A stretch of 64,000 nucleotides of DNA from NCBI GenBank assembly GCA_963678025.2, contig CAXXPC010000033.1, positions 7,661 through 71,660 of the forward strand. The letters run 5' to 3'. The position numbers were made by a program, and so were the translations under genes. The notes below the pieces were generated by a model. The model was given only the letters and a program-made list of their open reading frames with translations. It was not told the origin of the DNA and did no database searches. The DNA comes from Bacteroidales bacterium. Its GTDB lineage: Bacteria > Bacteroidota > Bacteroidia > Bacteroidales > UBA932. Shown piece after piece: positions 1-9,073 of this stretch; the stretch's first letter is position 1, and every line of letters starts with the position of its first letter.

Positions 1-65
1 TTTTGTAGTTGAGCGTTTTGTGAATTATTTTTAATGACAAATGTATGTTGCATATTTTTAATGCA

Positions 66-102
66 TTGTGAAAAACTTCCGGGAAGCGTGAAAAACTTCC
101 GG
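66..102. repeat. Family A dispersed repeat, right end, tandemly duplicated (TGTGAAAAACTTCCGGGAAG)
   Basis: gtgaaaaacttccgg at 68 and again at 88; same motif at 1098, 1723 and 5906. Confidence 0.8.
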
Positions 103-249
103 AGACTCCTAGGAGTCCTCCATAGAAAGGCTGGGATCTATCTTAAGGGATTAACGCCTTGGCTATAGGTGTGAATGCGTGAATGCGTGAATAAGTGAAT
201 ACGTGTAAGATTGTAGTACTTTGGCAGAAAGTTGTTTAGAGGCAATTAT

Positions 250-984
250 TTAGAGACAGTTTTCTGCTGCGTGTAGATAGCTGCTACCAAATATATTAAG
301 GTGATTTAGAAGGTGGTAGAGTAGGTAGATGGGCTCCCGTTCTTGCCACCCAGGCAAAAGTGGGTATTCTTGATTGTAAGCTTTATAGAAGTCTTGAGTA
401 AAACCTCCGAATAGCCGTGTCATTGCAAGGTCGGTTTCTCGGTGTCCGTAGTATACTGCGGGATCGATTAATACGGCTTGCCCTTTTTTGTCGCAAATAT
501 AGTTTCCTCCCCAAAGATCACCATGTAGTAGCGATGCGCCTTCGGATGACGTGTTCTCCAGGATTTGATCAATTTTATTCTCAAGGTTTTTTATGCCTTT
601 TGCCAGCTTTGGAGAGAGTAATCCGTTTTTTTCTGCCAAGTAATATTGTGGCATGATTCGTTTGTTAAAGTAGAACAGAGGCCAGTTGTGCTTCTCCTCT
701 CCCTCTGGAATGTTTTTTTGGGGAGTCTGTCCTATGAAATTATCTTCGTAGAATCCATATTCTAAGGCCTTGAATTTGTGTAATTTGGCAAGACTTTCGC
801 CAAATAATTTGAAAAATTCCTTGGAGGTGGTGCCGGATTCGATGAATTCAGTGGTGATGTAGTTGGGTCCGTATGAGACAACTTTGGCGACTTTGAGTGT
901 TTTGGCCTTTGCTAATTCATTAAGGCCGTTTGCTTCGCATTTGAATGTTTGTCCTGCAGGACCGGTTTTGGTGTGAGTTTTCAT
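250..984 (-). CDS. Fructosamine/ketosamine-3-kinase family protein
   Basis: F..EANGL..L, LLHGDLWGGN, IDPAVYYGHRETDLAMT.LFGGF and YHLLNHLNIFG motifs; ATG at 984 preferred to the TTG inside a repeat. Confidence 0.9.
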   Translation of the reverse strand: MKTHTKTGPAGQTFKCEANGLNELAKAKTLKVAKVVSYGPNYITTEFIESGTTSKEFFKLFGESLAKLHKFKALEYGFYEDNFIGQTPQKNIPEGEEKHNWPLFYFNKRIMPQYYLAEKNGLLSPKLAKGIKNLENKIDQILENTSSEGASLLHGDLWGGNYICDKKGQAVLIDPAVYYGHRETDLAMTRLFGGFTQDFYKAYNQEYPLLPGWQEREPIYLLYHLLNHLNIFGSSYLHAAENCL

Positions 985-993
985 TATTTGAGA

Positions 994-1116
994 CTTCCCG
1001 GGTGTTTTTAACAAGTAGCTGTTTTTCAGTCTATTATAAATGTAAAAATAAATTAATTTTATTTTTACTGGTCTAAGATACTCAATTTATGCTTTTTGTG
1101 AAAAACTTCCGAGAAG
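994..1116. repeat. Family A REPIN-like element (~123 bp, terminal inverted repeats)
   Basis: cttcccgggtgtttttaacaa at 994 is a degenerate inverse of ttgtgaaaaacttccgagaag ending at 1116. Confidence 0.7.
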
Positions 1117-1614
1117 TTATTTTTGAAGCCATTCTAGGGCTGCTTCTTCTGTAGAAAACACTTCTACAACGTATCTGTTTGAACTTTCTTGGGGTATCTT
1201 TGTTTCTTGAGTGGTTTCGGAATGGTTGTTTATATCTGTATTGCTCTGGAATTCTGATGATTGGGTCTGTAATTCTGATGATTGGGTCTGGAGTTTTGAG
1301 TTACTTGAAATGTACGATGCATTTTGAACAATGTTCTGATAGATCATTGTGTAGGCTGTGTTGATGGGAGATTTTACGACAAAAGCTTGGCGAAATGTTA
1401 TAAAGCGTTTTAACAATTTAATCACAAATGGATTAAGCAAACTCATGTCTTCTTTTTCAAATTTGAATTTATGGGCTTCTGTTACGATCATGAGTTTTAG
1501 ATCTTCGGGAAGAGTAGCGTCTTCCAGCAGTTTATTGATGTCTTGTATTATATCATTTATCGTGATATCATTAGGCTCTCTAATTATTACTATATTGTTT
1601 ATTCTCTCCATCAT
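1117..1614 (-). CDS. Hypothetical protein, possibly STAS/SpoIIAA-like, with a 21-bp tandem insert
   Basis: 165-aa ORF ending VFSTEEAALEWL, typical of STAS/SEC14-like small proteins; SSELQTQ repeats at 1245-1296. Confidence 0.6.
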   Translation of the reverse strand: MMERINNIVIIREPNDITINDIIQDINKLLEDATLPEDLKLMIVTEAHKFKFEKEDMSLLNPFVIKLLKRFITFRQAFVVKSPINTAYTMIYQNIVQNASYISSNSKLQTQSSELQTQSSEFQSNTDINNHSETTQETKIPQESSNRYVVEVFSTEEAALEWLQK

Positions 1615-1616
1615 AA

Positions 1617-1741
1617 CTTCCCGGAAGTTTTTTACAAGGTGTTATTTTATAGGGGCTTGAATGAGTTGCTTAAGTCTTAATTGGTTTAAACAGTTTTATA
1701 AGCTTTTAGTTTATAGTTTTTTGTGAAAAACTTCCGAGAAG
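1617..1741. repeat. Family A REPIN-like element (~125 bp)
   Basis: cttcccggaagttttttacaa (1617) ... ttgtgaaaaacttccgagaag (to 1741), inverted ends. Confidence 0.8.
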
Positions 1742-1835
1742 CGCCCAGCGGGGGAAGCGCCCAGCGGGGGAAGCGTCCAGTGCGGGAAGGGAAGCGTCCA
1801 GCGGGGGAAGCGTCCAGTGCAGTGGCCGGGGAAGT
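1738..1835. repeat. G-rich ~16-bp tandem repeat (gaagcg[c/t]ccagcgggg)
   Basis: About five copies starting directly at the family A right end. Confidence 0.85.
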
Positions 1836-1873
1836 GTCGGGGATTCGCATCGGTGACAGCGGGGCTGCTCTGT

Positions 1874-3637
1874 TTACCAGCGGTTGCGGAGGAAGTTGGA
1901 GTCGTTGAACATCTGGGAGGAGTAGTTAGCGTCCCAGAGGTCGTAGCGGTCGAATTGATCTACCATTTTGAGCTGGAATTTTGGCCAGTTTTTATTTTCG
2001 GGTTTTGTCCAGTAGACCTCTGCAATTGCTGACATTCTTGGGAATATTCCGTACTCAAGTCTTTCTTTGTGAGGGAAGTATTCTGTCCACATACAGCCTT
2101 GTCCTCCGAGTATGTTGCGGGCTATGTGCCCGGGGGTACCTTCGGGAATTGGTTCAAAGGTGTAGACATCTTCAACAGTAACTACCCGGGAGCGGTGACA
2201 GAGGGTGTCTTCGTTTTCTTTCTGGGCTCTGTTGAAGTAGCTAAAGAGCGATGGGGTCATGATGGCTTTGTGACCCTGGGCAGCTGCCTTAAGGCCATTC
2301 TCCGCATTGCGCCAGCTCATTACTATTGCGCCGTCAACGAGTCCGTCGTCGAGCATTTCGTCCCATCCGATGAATTTGCGTCCGCGGGCGTGCACTATCT
2401 CTGCAATTCTTTGAGCAAAGTATTTCTGCAATCCGTTCTCGTCTCCTAGCTCATGTTTCTTTATGAATTCCTGTGTTTCAGGTGATTCCTGCCACCATCT
2501 TTTGGCGCATTCGTCTGCTCCGATGTGAATGTATTCGCCGGGGAAGACGTCCATCATTTCGTTAAAGACATCTTCGAGGAATTCGAAGACCTCTTCGGAG
2601 GGTGCAAGTACGTTGTTCTGACGGTTGTACATTCCCCATGTGGTTGCCGGTTCCTTGGGGAGGTCGGGTGTAGTGCTGAATTGTGGGTAGGTAGCTAGTA
2701 TCGCCATTGAGTGGCCGGGGACATCGATCTCGGGTACGATTGTGATGTGGCGTTGTGCGGCGTATTCAATCACTTCTTGCATCTCCTCGACTGTATAATA
2801 TCCTCCGTATCTGGTACTATCGAAGCCGGTTCCGGGGAATATTCCTATGATTGTCCCGGCTCTCCATGATCCTATTTCATTGAGTTTCGGGTGTTTCTTG
2901 CTCTCCATACGCCACCCCTGGTCGTCTGTGAGATGCCAATGAAAATAGTTCATTTTGTGAAGAGCTATGTAGTCGAGGTATTTTTTGATGTAATCAACAG
3001 AATATATGTGTCTTACAACATCCAGGTGCATTCCTCTATATTCGAAGCGAGGGAAATCTACGATTTCAATTTCCGGAAGAGGAAGTGTTTTGTACTTTTT
3101 TTCTCCCTTGTGGGAATCACCAACTGTATTTGCAAGCGGAGCCGTAGGGTCGGAAGGCAGAAGTTGGATGAGGCTCTGCATAGCGTAGAACAATCCTTGA
3201 GGATTGGCGCCAGTGAGCATTGCGTGTCCGTTTTTTATTCTGAGGTGGTAGGCTCCTTCACGGCGGATATCGTTGGGGTCATATCCAAAATCAGGTTTAT
3301 TTTCTATTTCTGTAAGTGGAGAAATTTTTAATTCTATTACAGGTGCGTTAGGACCCAATTTGTCTGAAATCTTTTTCAGTTCTTCGGGTGTTTGCACAAT
3401 TTCTCTTAACTCGAATTGGTAGTGGCTGTTTACGTAATCTCTGAAAATATTTGCTGTATTGGCCTCTTCGCATCCCAGTGCAATAATAATAGTGTTTTCC
3501 AGGATGTTCATGGCAAAATCCGATCCTGCCACAACTACTTGTGGCTCAGGTATGATTGAGTGTCTTAGGTGTTTGCTCTGTGCTTGCATATTGCTATTAA
3601 TTGCAAATAGGGTGAGTAGTATGGCAAGATATTTCAT
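1874..3637 (-). CDS. Beta-N-acetylhexosaminidase (GH20), secreted
   Basis: Signal peptide; PRFEYRGMHLDVVRH, HWHLTDDQGWR, PEIDVPGH, HIGADE and CMWTEY motifs. Confidence 0.95.
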   Translation of the reverse strand: MKYLAILLTLFAINSNMQAQSKHLRHSIIPEPQVVVAGSDFAMNILENTIIIALGCEEANTANIFRDYVNSHYQFELREIVQTPEELKKISDKLGPNAPVIELKISPLTEIENKPDFGYDPNDIRREGAYHLRIKNGHAMLTGANPQGLFYAMQSLIQLLPSDPTAPLANTVGDSHKGEKKYKTLPLPEIEIVDFPRFEYRGMHLDVVRHIYSVDYIKKYLDYIALHKMNYFHWHLTDDQGWRMESKKHPKLNEIGSWRAGTIIGIFPGTGFDSTRYGGYYTVEEMQEVIEYAAQRHITIVPEIDVPGHSMAILATYPQFSTTPDLPKEPATTWGMYNRQNNVLAPSEEVFEFLEDVFNEMMDVFPGEYIHIGADECAKRWWQESPETQEFIKKHELGDENGLQKYFAQRIAEIVHARGRKFIGWDEMLDDGLVDGAIVMSWRNAENGLKAAAQGHKAIMTPSLFSYFNRAQKENEDTLCHRSRVVTVEDVYTFEPIPEGTPGHIARNILGGQGCMWTEYFPHKERLEYGIFPRMSAIAEVYWTKPENKNWPKFQLKMVDQFDRYDLWDANYSSQMFNDSNFLRNRW

Positions 3638-3670
3638 TCAGAAAATATTTTTAGAAAGAGAAATTAGATA

Positions 3671-4102
3671 TTAGTCTTGAGTCGGGAATACTCCCATTGC
3701 TTGTTCGAGTTGGTCTGTAATTTTATCTACGACCTCTTGTAGTTTGCCTCCCAGCATCATTTTGTACATTCCTGAGAGCTCTGTTTCAAGAATAATCTGC
3801 AGGTCTGTTGTGCCGGGGCTGAGGGTTTCAAGGGTTATTGAAAGATCGAATGCTATCGGGGTTGCACCGTATTGGTTGTATTCTATTTTGGAAAAAGGTT
3901 TTCTGTTTTTTATCTCCAGCCCTACTTCGAAGCCCTGAACTTTGCCCACTATGGTGTTAGGGGTCGACTGGACCTCTGCGTTTCCAAGCATTTCCGGGGG
4001 TACATTGTTGGTGAAGTTGGTAAGGTCGGAGAAGATTGAGTAGAGTACTTCTGCAGGTCTTGCGATTCGGATAATTCTTCCTTCGGTTTTGGTTTTACTC
4101 AT
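3671..4102 (-). CDS. SRPBCC/polyketide-cyclase-like protein
   Basis: 143 aa; N-terminal I.RPAEVLYSIFSDLTNF pattern and C-terminal helix; typical pyrE neighbour in Bacteroidetes. Confidence 0.75.
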   Translation of the reverse strand: MSKTKTEGRIIRIARPAEVLYSIFSDLTNFTNNVPPEMLGNAEVQSTPNTIVGKVQGFEVGLEIKNRKPFSKIEYNQYGATPIAFDLSITLETLSPGTTDLQIILETELSGMYKMMLGGKLQEVVDKITDQLEQAMGVFPTQD

Positions 4103-4177
4103 CTATTATGTTATTTATCAAGTAATTTTATTGTGTGTTTTGTTGTTATGTCGTATGTATGATAAATGTGTAATGTT

Positions 4178-4313
4178 CTGTGAGTTATAGCTTTGATTAT
4201 AAGATAGTTGTTAATTTATCCGTCGGATGCAGCTTTTCGGATGCAGCTTTTTAATGCTCTGTGAGTTATCGATTTGATTATAAGGTAGTTGTTAAATTAT
4301 CCGTTGGATGCAG
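4178..4313. repeat. Family C dispersed repeat, two tandem copies (GTTGTTAAWTTATCCGTYGGATGCAG)
   Basis: Cores at 4207-4232 and 4288-4313 with similar upstream flanks; same core at 28706 and 28910. Confidence 0.8.
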
Positions 4314-4959
4314 AGGTGGCGGAGGGGTTTTGGGGCCAGGTGTCGGGACGGTAGCGCCAGTCCTGGAGGGTCTCGAGGTCTTTTTCACGGATGTATTTGC
4401 ACTCGAGGGCTTCTTCGATAAGGGTGTTATAGTTTGTGAGGGTGCGGAGCTCGATGTCGCTGTATTCGAAGGAGCGGCGTGCTTTGTTGAAGTTGTAGGA
4501 GAAGATGGCTACCATGCCGAGTACGTTGGCTCCGGCGTTGTTAAGGCATTCTGCTGCTGAAAGTGAGCTCTGCCCTGTGGAAATGAGATCTTCTACTATC
4601 ACCACTTTGGCTTTAGGCGGAAGTTCGCCTTCAATGCGTGCTCCGGTGCCGTGGTCTTTGGGAGTGGGACGAACGTATACGAATGGTTTATCAAGAGCCT
4701 CTGCTACAAGCATTCCCCAAGCTATAGCTCCTGTAGCAACGCCGGCAATCACATCTGCCTGCGGATAGCTTTGTTGGATTGTTCTTACAAGACTTTTGTA
4801 TACAAGTGTTCGTGCTTTAGGATATGATAATATTTTTCTGTTGTCGCAGTAAATTGGTGATTTCCATCCTGATGCCCAAGTGTAGGGCTCCTCCACATTC
4901 AGTGTGACTGCTTTGATGTCCAGCAGCTGTTTTGCAATTATTTTTTCTATAGACTCCAT
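4297..4959 (-). CDS. pyrE: Orotate phosphoribosyltransferase
   Basis: WASGWKSPIYCDNR and the PRPP-binding VVIVEDLISTGQS motif. Confidence 0.97.
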   Translation of the reverse strand: MESIEKIIAKQLLDIKAVTLNVEEPYTWASGWKSPIYCDNRKILSYPKARTLVYKSLVRTIQQSYPQADVIAGVATGAIAWGMLVAEALDKPFVYVRPTPKDHGTGARIEGELPPKAKVVIVEDLISTGQSSLSAAECLNNAGANVLGMVAIFSYNFNKARRSFEYSDIELRTLTNYNTLIEEALECKYIREKDLETLQDWRYRPDTWPQNPSATSASNG

Positions 4960-4967
4960 AAATAAAG

Positions 4968-4985
4968 TATCTTTGTGCAAAGATA
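4968..4985. promoter_or_regulatory. Adjacent opposite-strand Bacteroidetes -7 boxes (TAnnTTTG) for pyrE and the NUDIX gene
   Basis: tatctttg at 4968-4975 (+) and caaagata at 4978-4985 (TATCTTTG on -). Confidence 0.6.
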
Positions 4986-5004
4986 GTAAAAACAATTCTT
5001 TTAG

Positions 5005-5757
5005 ATGTATAACATTTTCTTTGGTAGCAGGCGTCTCTGTGTGTGTGCTTCTTCTCAGGATTCCTCCGGTGACCCTAACGCTGTCTTGTATTCTCCGCGT
5101 GCTTTTCCGGAGCTTTCTTTTCTGCCTGATTTTTTTGATTCTTCGTGTGCAATAAACTCTTTGTATGTGCCTGTTTCTGCTCTCAGGGACGGGAATGGTG
5201 ATGGTGTTTTCGCTAGTAGCGGGAATGAGGACGATGTTTCTTTTGATGGTAGTATGAGTGCTTTTGAGAAGACGTGTATGTGTCTGAACAGAGGCGGAGT
5301 CGGAGGCGGTGTTGATGGCGGAGTTATGGAGAGGATGGTTTTTGAGCGGATGTTTGGTGGGTTGAACCGGATAGAGGCTGGCGGAGGTTTGGTGACAAAT
5401 GGTGCGGGTAAAGTTTTATTGATATATCGTTATGGTAAGTGGGATTTGCCCAAGGGTACTCGTGAACCGGGTGAGTCGTTTGAATGTACTGCTTTGCGTG
5501 AGGTGGAGGAGGAGTGTGGTATAGGGGAGTTGAGTATTGATGAGTTTATATGCTGTACCTATCATACTTTTAGACGTGATGGATTGTTTAATTTAAAATG
5601 TACCAACTGGTTCCGTATGAGTTATTCGGGATTGAGCGAGAAAACCGTGCCACAGCTTTCCGAAAGCATTGAGAGGGCTGAGTGGGTTGCTCCGGAGGAT
5701 TTGCCGAGGTATCTGAGTAATACTTATCCAAATATTTTGGAGGTTTTTGGGGTTTAG
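5005..5757 (+). CDS. NUDIX hydrolase
   Basis: Nudix box WDLPKGTREPGESFECTALREVEEECGI. Confidence 0.9.
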   Translation: MYNIFFGSRRLCVCASSQDSSGDPNAVLYSPRAFPELSFLPDFFDSSCAINSLYVPVSALRDGNGDGVFASSGNEDDVSFDGSMSAFEKTCMCLNRGGVGGGVDGGVMERMVFERMFGGLNRIEAGGGLVTNGAGKVLLIYRYGKWDLPKGTREPGESFECTALREVEEECGIGELSIDEFICCTYHTFRRDGLFNLKCTNWFRMSYSGLSEKTVPQLSESIERAEWVAPEDLPRYLSNTYPNILEVFGV

Positions 5758-5787
5758 TAGCTTCGGCGGGCTGAGAGAGAGGGGAGG

Positions 5788-5924
5788 CTTCTCGGAGGGG
5801 GGGGGCGGAAGTTTTTCACAAAACATTGCAGAGCAATGTTTTACAAAAAGATCTGTACACATCGTGTACAGATCTTTTTTGTAAAAAGCTATTTGTTAGC
5901 TTTTTGTGAAAAACTTCCGGGAAG
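5788..5924. repeat. Family A REPIN-like element with three internal hairpins
   Basis: cggaagtttttcacaaaa (5806) inverse to ttttgtgaaaaacttccg (5902-5919); inner hairpins at 5820-5842, 5843-5884 and 5883-5905. Confidence 0.8.
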
Positions 5925-5928
5925 CCGG

Positions 5929-7218
5929 TTAAAGTGACCAGTAGCGGAGGTCTTTGATGATGTCGCGGAAGGTTCCGCGTATGTCTACGATCAGGCCTTT
6001 GGGGTCTACAAGGGTTTTGAGGTCTGTTTCGCTCATTGACAGGTACTCTTTGTGTGGAACTGCCATTATTATTGCGTGGTATTTTCCGGCTGGTTGCTTG
6101 AGGAGTTTTATGTTGTACTCTTCTTCTACGGCATGAGGGTCGGCGTGTGGGTCCACGACATCCACGGCTACGCGGAAACTCTGCAATTCTTTTACAATAT
6201 CTGCAACTTTGGTGTTTCTAATATCGGAAACATTTTCTTTATATGTAAATCCCATTATTAGCACTCGGGCACGAAGCAGAGGTAAATCATTGGAAAGAAG
6301 CTTTTTGACTGTTTGTTTGGCAACGTATCCTCCCATCGAGTCGTTTACAAAGCGTCCTGATGCTATCATCTGTGGATGGTATTTAAGTTCGGAGGCTTTG
6401 TGTACCATGTAGTAAGGGTCTACTCCAATGCAGTGTCCTCCCACAAGTCCGGGTGTATATGGTACAAAGTTCCACTTAGTGGCTGCTGCTTTGATCACAT
6501 CGTATGTGTTGAGCCCCATGCGGTTGAAGATGATTGAGAGTTCGTTCATAAGTGCAATGTTTACGTCTCTCTGTGTGTTTTCAATTATTTTTGCTGCTTC
6601 TGCTACTCTTATTTCGGGTGCTTTGTGTACTCCTGCTTCTACGACTGATTCGTATATATGGGCTACTGTGTCAAGGGATTCTCCGTCGCAGGCTGAGACA
6701 ATCTTTATGGTTTTATGCAATGAGTGTTCGGCATCTCCCGGGTTGATTCTTTCGGGAGAGTACCCTACTTTGAAATCTCTGCGTACACGCATCCCTGAAA
6801 CTCTCTCCAGCAGGGGGATGCATTCTTCGTTGGTGCATCCGGGATAGACCGTGGATTCGTAAACGACGTAGTCTCCTGCTTTAAGTACATTGGCAACAGC
6901 CAGAGTAGCAGAGAGAAGTGGTCTTAAATCGGGCTTGTTGAATTTGTCTATAGGGGTGGGCACGGCAATTACGTAAAAGTGTGCATCTTCAAGTTCCTGA
7001 GAGTTGGAAGTAAAAACGATATCTCTGTTTTTGAAGGATTCTTCTGTGAGTTCTCCGCTGGGGTCTATGTTACTTTGTAGTAGTTTTAGGTTTCTTTGAT
7101 TGATGTCGTAACCTATTACCGAAAAGTGTTTTGCAAACTCAAGAGCGAGAGGAAGTCCCACATAGCCAAGGCCGATGACGGCCATTTTTGCTTTTTTGGA
7201 TATCAGTTGATTGTACAT
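5929..7218 (-). CDS. Nucleotide-sugar dehydrogenase (UDP-GlcNAc/GalNAc 6-dehydrogenase, TviB/WbpO-like)
   Basis: GLGYVGLP, ESTVYPG, YSPERINPGD, AKIIENTQRD and PGLVGGHCIGVDP motifs. Confidence 0.93.
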   Translation of the reverse strand: MYNQLISKKAKMAVIGLGYVGLPLALEFAKHFSVIGYDINQRNLKLLQSNIDPSGELTEESFKNRDIVFTSNSQELEDAHFYVIAVPTPIDKFNKPDLRPLLSATLAVANVLKAGDYVVYESTVYPGCTNEECIPLLERVSGMRVRRDFKVGYSPERINPGDAEHSLHKTIKIVSACDGESLDTVAHIYESVVEAGVHKAPEIRVAEAAKIIENTQRDVNIALMNELSIIFNRMGLNTYDVIKAAATKWNFVPYTPGLVGGHCIGVDPYYMVHKASELKYHPQMIASGRFVNDSMGGYVAKQTVKKLLSNDLPLLRARVLIMGFTYKENVSDIRNTKVADIVKELQSFRVAVDVVDPHADPHAVEEEYNIKLLKQPAGKYHAIIMAVPHKEYLSMSETDLKTLVDPKGLIVDIRGTFRDIIKDLRYWSL

Positions 7219-7250
7219 GTTAAAAAAATTTCTGATGTTTAAGAGCTTCG

Positions 7251-7288
7251 CAAAGATAATAGAATTCGGGTTATAATCGTTATCTTTG
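7251..7288. promoter_or_regulatory. Divergent -7 promoter boxes for the sugar dehydrogenase (-) and upxY (+)
   Basis: caaagata at 7251-7258 and tatctttg at 7281-7288. Confidence 0.55.
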
Positions 7289-7397
7289 TAACTTGTGTGT
7301 GATTATGATTATTATCTATATTGAGTGTGGTGGTTTTGTGTTGTGTGAGAGATATTAAGGTAGGTGATTTTTAAAAAATGATAAATATCTAAGAAAA

Positions 7398-8057
7398 GTG
7401 GAAAGTAAAAATCTGAAGGAGTTTGAAACAGGGGAAAGTTCGAAGCAAGGAGGAGAGAGGATGTTGAGGAGTGTTGGAGGTGAGGAGATGCAAGGTGCTG
7501 AAGGTGAGGAGATGCAAGGTGTTGGAGGTGGGGAAATGCAAGGTGCTGGAAGTGAGGAGATGCAGAGGGTTAGAAGTGGTTTGCGCAAGTATTGGCATGT
7601 GTTGTACACCTCTGCAAGGGCTGAGAAGCGTGCTGAGGCGAGGCTTAGGGAGGTAGGGGTCGAGACTTTTCTTCCGTTGCATATGGTTAAGCGTAAGTGG
7701 AGCGACAGGGTTAAGGTGGTGGAGCAGCCTCTTTTTTCTTCATATATTTTTGTAAATTGCGATGATTACAAGTTGAGGCAGTTGCCATTTATCTATGGGG
7801 TATCCAGAATTGTCTACTACAACGGGAGACCTGCTATTGTTAAACAGGTGGAAATTGATGCCATTAAGGAGTTTCTGGAGATTGCAAGGAACAGGGAGAT
7901 TATTGCCAGCGGAGATGAAGTGGAGATTTTGTGTGGTCCTCTTAAGAGCAAAAGTGGTAAGGTTATTGAGGTGAATGAGAAGTATGCGAAGCTTACCATT
8001 GAAGAGTTGGGAGCTAAGATTTGCGTATCTTTGCTTAAGTTGAACAAGAAGAAATAA
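7398..8057 (+). CDS. upxY: UpxY-family (NusG paralogue) transcription antiterminator; start uncertain
   Basis: WHVLYT..RAEK, FLPL....RKWSDRVK.VEQPLFSSYIFV and KOW-like GDEVEILCGPL motifs; N-terminus made of 24-bp repeats. Confidence 0.88.
   Translation: MESKNLKEFETGESSKQGGERMLRSVGGEEMQGAEGEEMQGVGGGEMQGAGSEEMQRVRSGLRKYWHVLYTSARAEKRAEARLREVGVETFLPLHMVKRKWSDRVKVVEQPLFSSYIFVNCDDYKLRQLPFIYGVSRIVYYNGRPAIVKQVEIDAIKEFLEIARNREIIASGDEVEILCGPLKSKSGKVIEVNEKYAKLTIEELGAKICVSLLKLNKKK
7471..7566. repeat. 24-bp tandem repeat x4 in the upxY 5' region
   Basis: Units resemble gtgYtggaggtgaggagatgcaag and encode GEEMQG-like repeats. Confidence 0.9.
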
Positions 8058-8195
8058 GGAGGTTAATCATTTAATTATTATGGTCAAGAAGATTGAAGTG
8101 ATTAAAGGATTTTCTTTTGAGATATTTGAAGTGCAAAATCGATAAAACAGAGTTGAGAAACAGAAATTAAATTTAACATCAGAAATTATATTATC

Positions 8196-8849
8196 ATGGA
8201 TTATAATACTCAGAGAAGCAAGCTCACGATGCCGGAGTACGGTAGGCATGTTCAGAAGATGATAGAGTATGTGGCCGGTATACCGGACAAGGAGAAGAGA
8301 AATGAGCAGATAAGAGCTGTGGTTGGAGTTATGGGTGAGCTAAATCCTCAGTTGAGGGATTTGAGTGATTTTAAGCATAAGTTGTGGGATCATGTTCAAA
8401 TAATTGCGGATTTCAATATTGACATAGACTCTCCTTATCCTACTCCCACCAAGGAAACTTTTTCCACTCAACCTAATTCAATCCCTTTGGATAAAACTCC
8501 TCTTAAGGCAGCTCATTATGGCAGGAATATTCAGAATATGGTGAATATGATTGCAGAGAAGCCTGATGACGAGAAACGCAGAGATATGGTTGAGGTGCTG
8601 GCTTACTATATGAGGCAGCAGTATCTTATATGGAATAAGGATTCTGTCTCTGATGAGACAATTTTTAAGGATATCTATAAGTTGTCGGGTGGTAGACTTA
8701 AGGTTCCTGAGGATATGCATCTCGGGCCTGTACAGGGTAATTTTAATCAACCCGGTAGCGGTGGAAATCAAGGTCATTCGGGTCATTCTTCTCATAGGCA
8801 AGGGGGATTCAAGGGTAATCGCAAGAAATCCAACAAGAGGAATAAGTAA
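8196..8849 (+). CDS. DUF4290 domain protein
   Basis: YNTQRSKL.MPEYGRHVQKM and HKLWDH motifs; usual murA neighbour in Bacteroidetes. Confidence 0.9.
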   Translation: MDYNTQRSKLTMPEYGRHVQKMIEYVAGIPDKEKRNEQIRAVVGVMGELNPQLRDLSDFKHKLWDHVQIIADFNIDIDSPYPTPTKETFSTQPNSIPLDKTPLKAAHYGRNIQNMVNMIAEKPDDEKRRDMVEVLAYYMRQQYLIWNKDSVSDETIFKDIYKLSGGRLKVPEDMHLGPVQGNFNQPGSGGNQGHSGHSSHRQGGFKGNRKKSNKRNK

Positions 8850-8860
8850 GGGGCTAGATA

Positions 8861-9019
8861 AGAGAAGATTTAAGGGGCTCTTTTAGAGAAGATTAAAAGG
8901 GCTCGTTTAGGGAGGATTTAAGGGCTCGTTTAGAGAAGATTTAAGGGGCTCTTTTAGAGAAGATTAAAAGGGCTCGTTTAGAGAGGATTTAAGGGCTCGT
9001 TTAGAGAGGATTTAAGGGG
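8861..9019. repeat. Intergenic 23-24-bp tandem repeat x~7
   Basis: agagaRgattWaaRgggctcKttt units. Confidence 0.9.
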
Positions 9020-9073
9020 TTTATTAAGAGGGTATTAAACAAGGTTTAGTAAGAATAAATAAAAAGTTTATAG

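Noticed and set aside
168..204. gtgaatgc short repeats
   Set aside because: Degenerate 8-bp microsatellite with no evidence of function.
7300..7470. Invertible capsule-type promoter near upxY
   Set aside because: No flanking inverted repeats and no adjacent recombinase were found.
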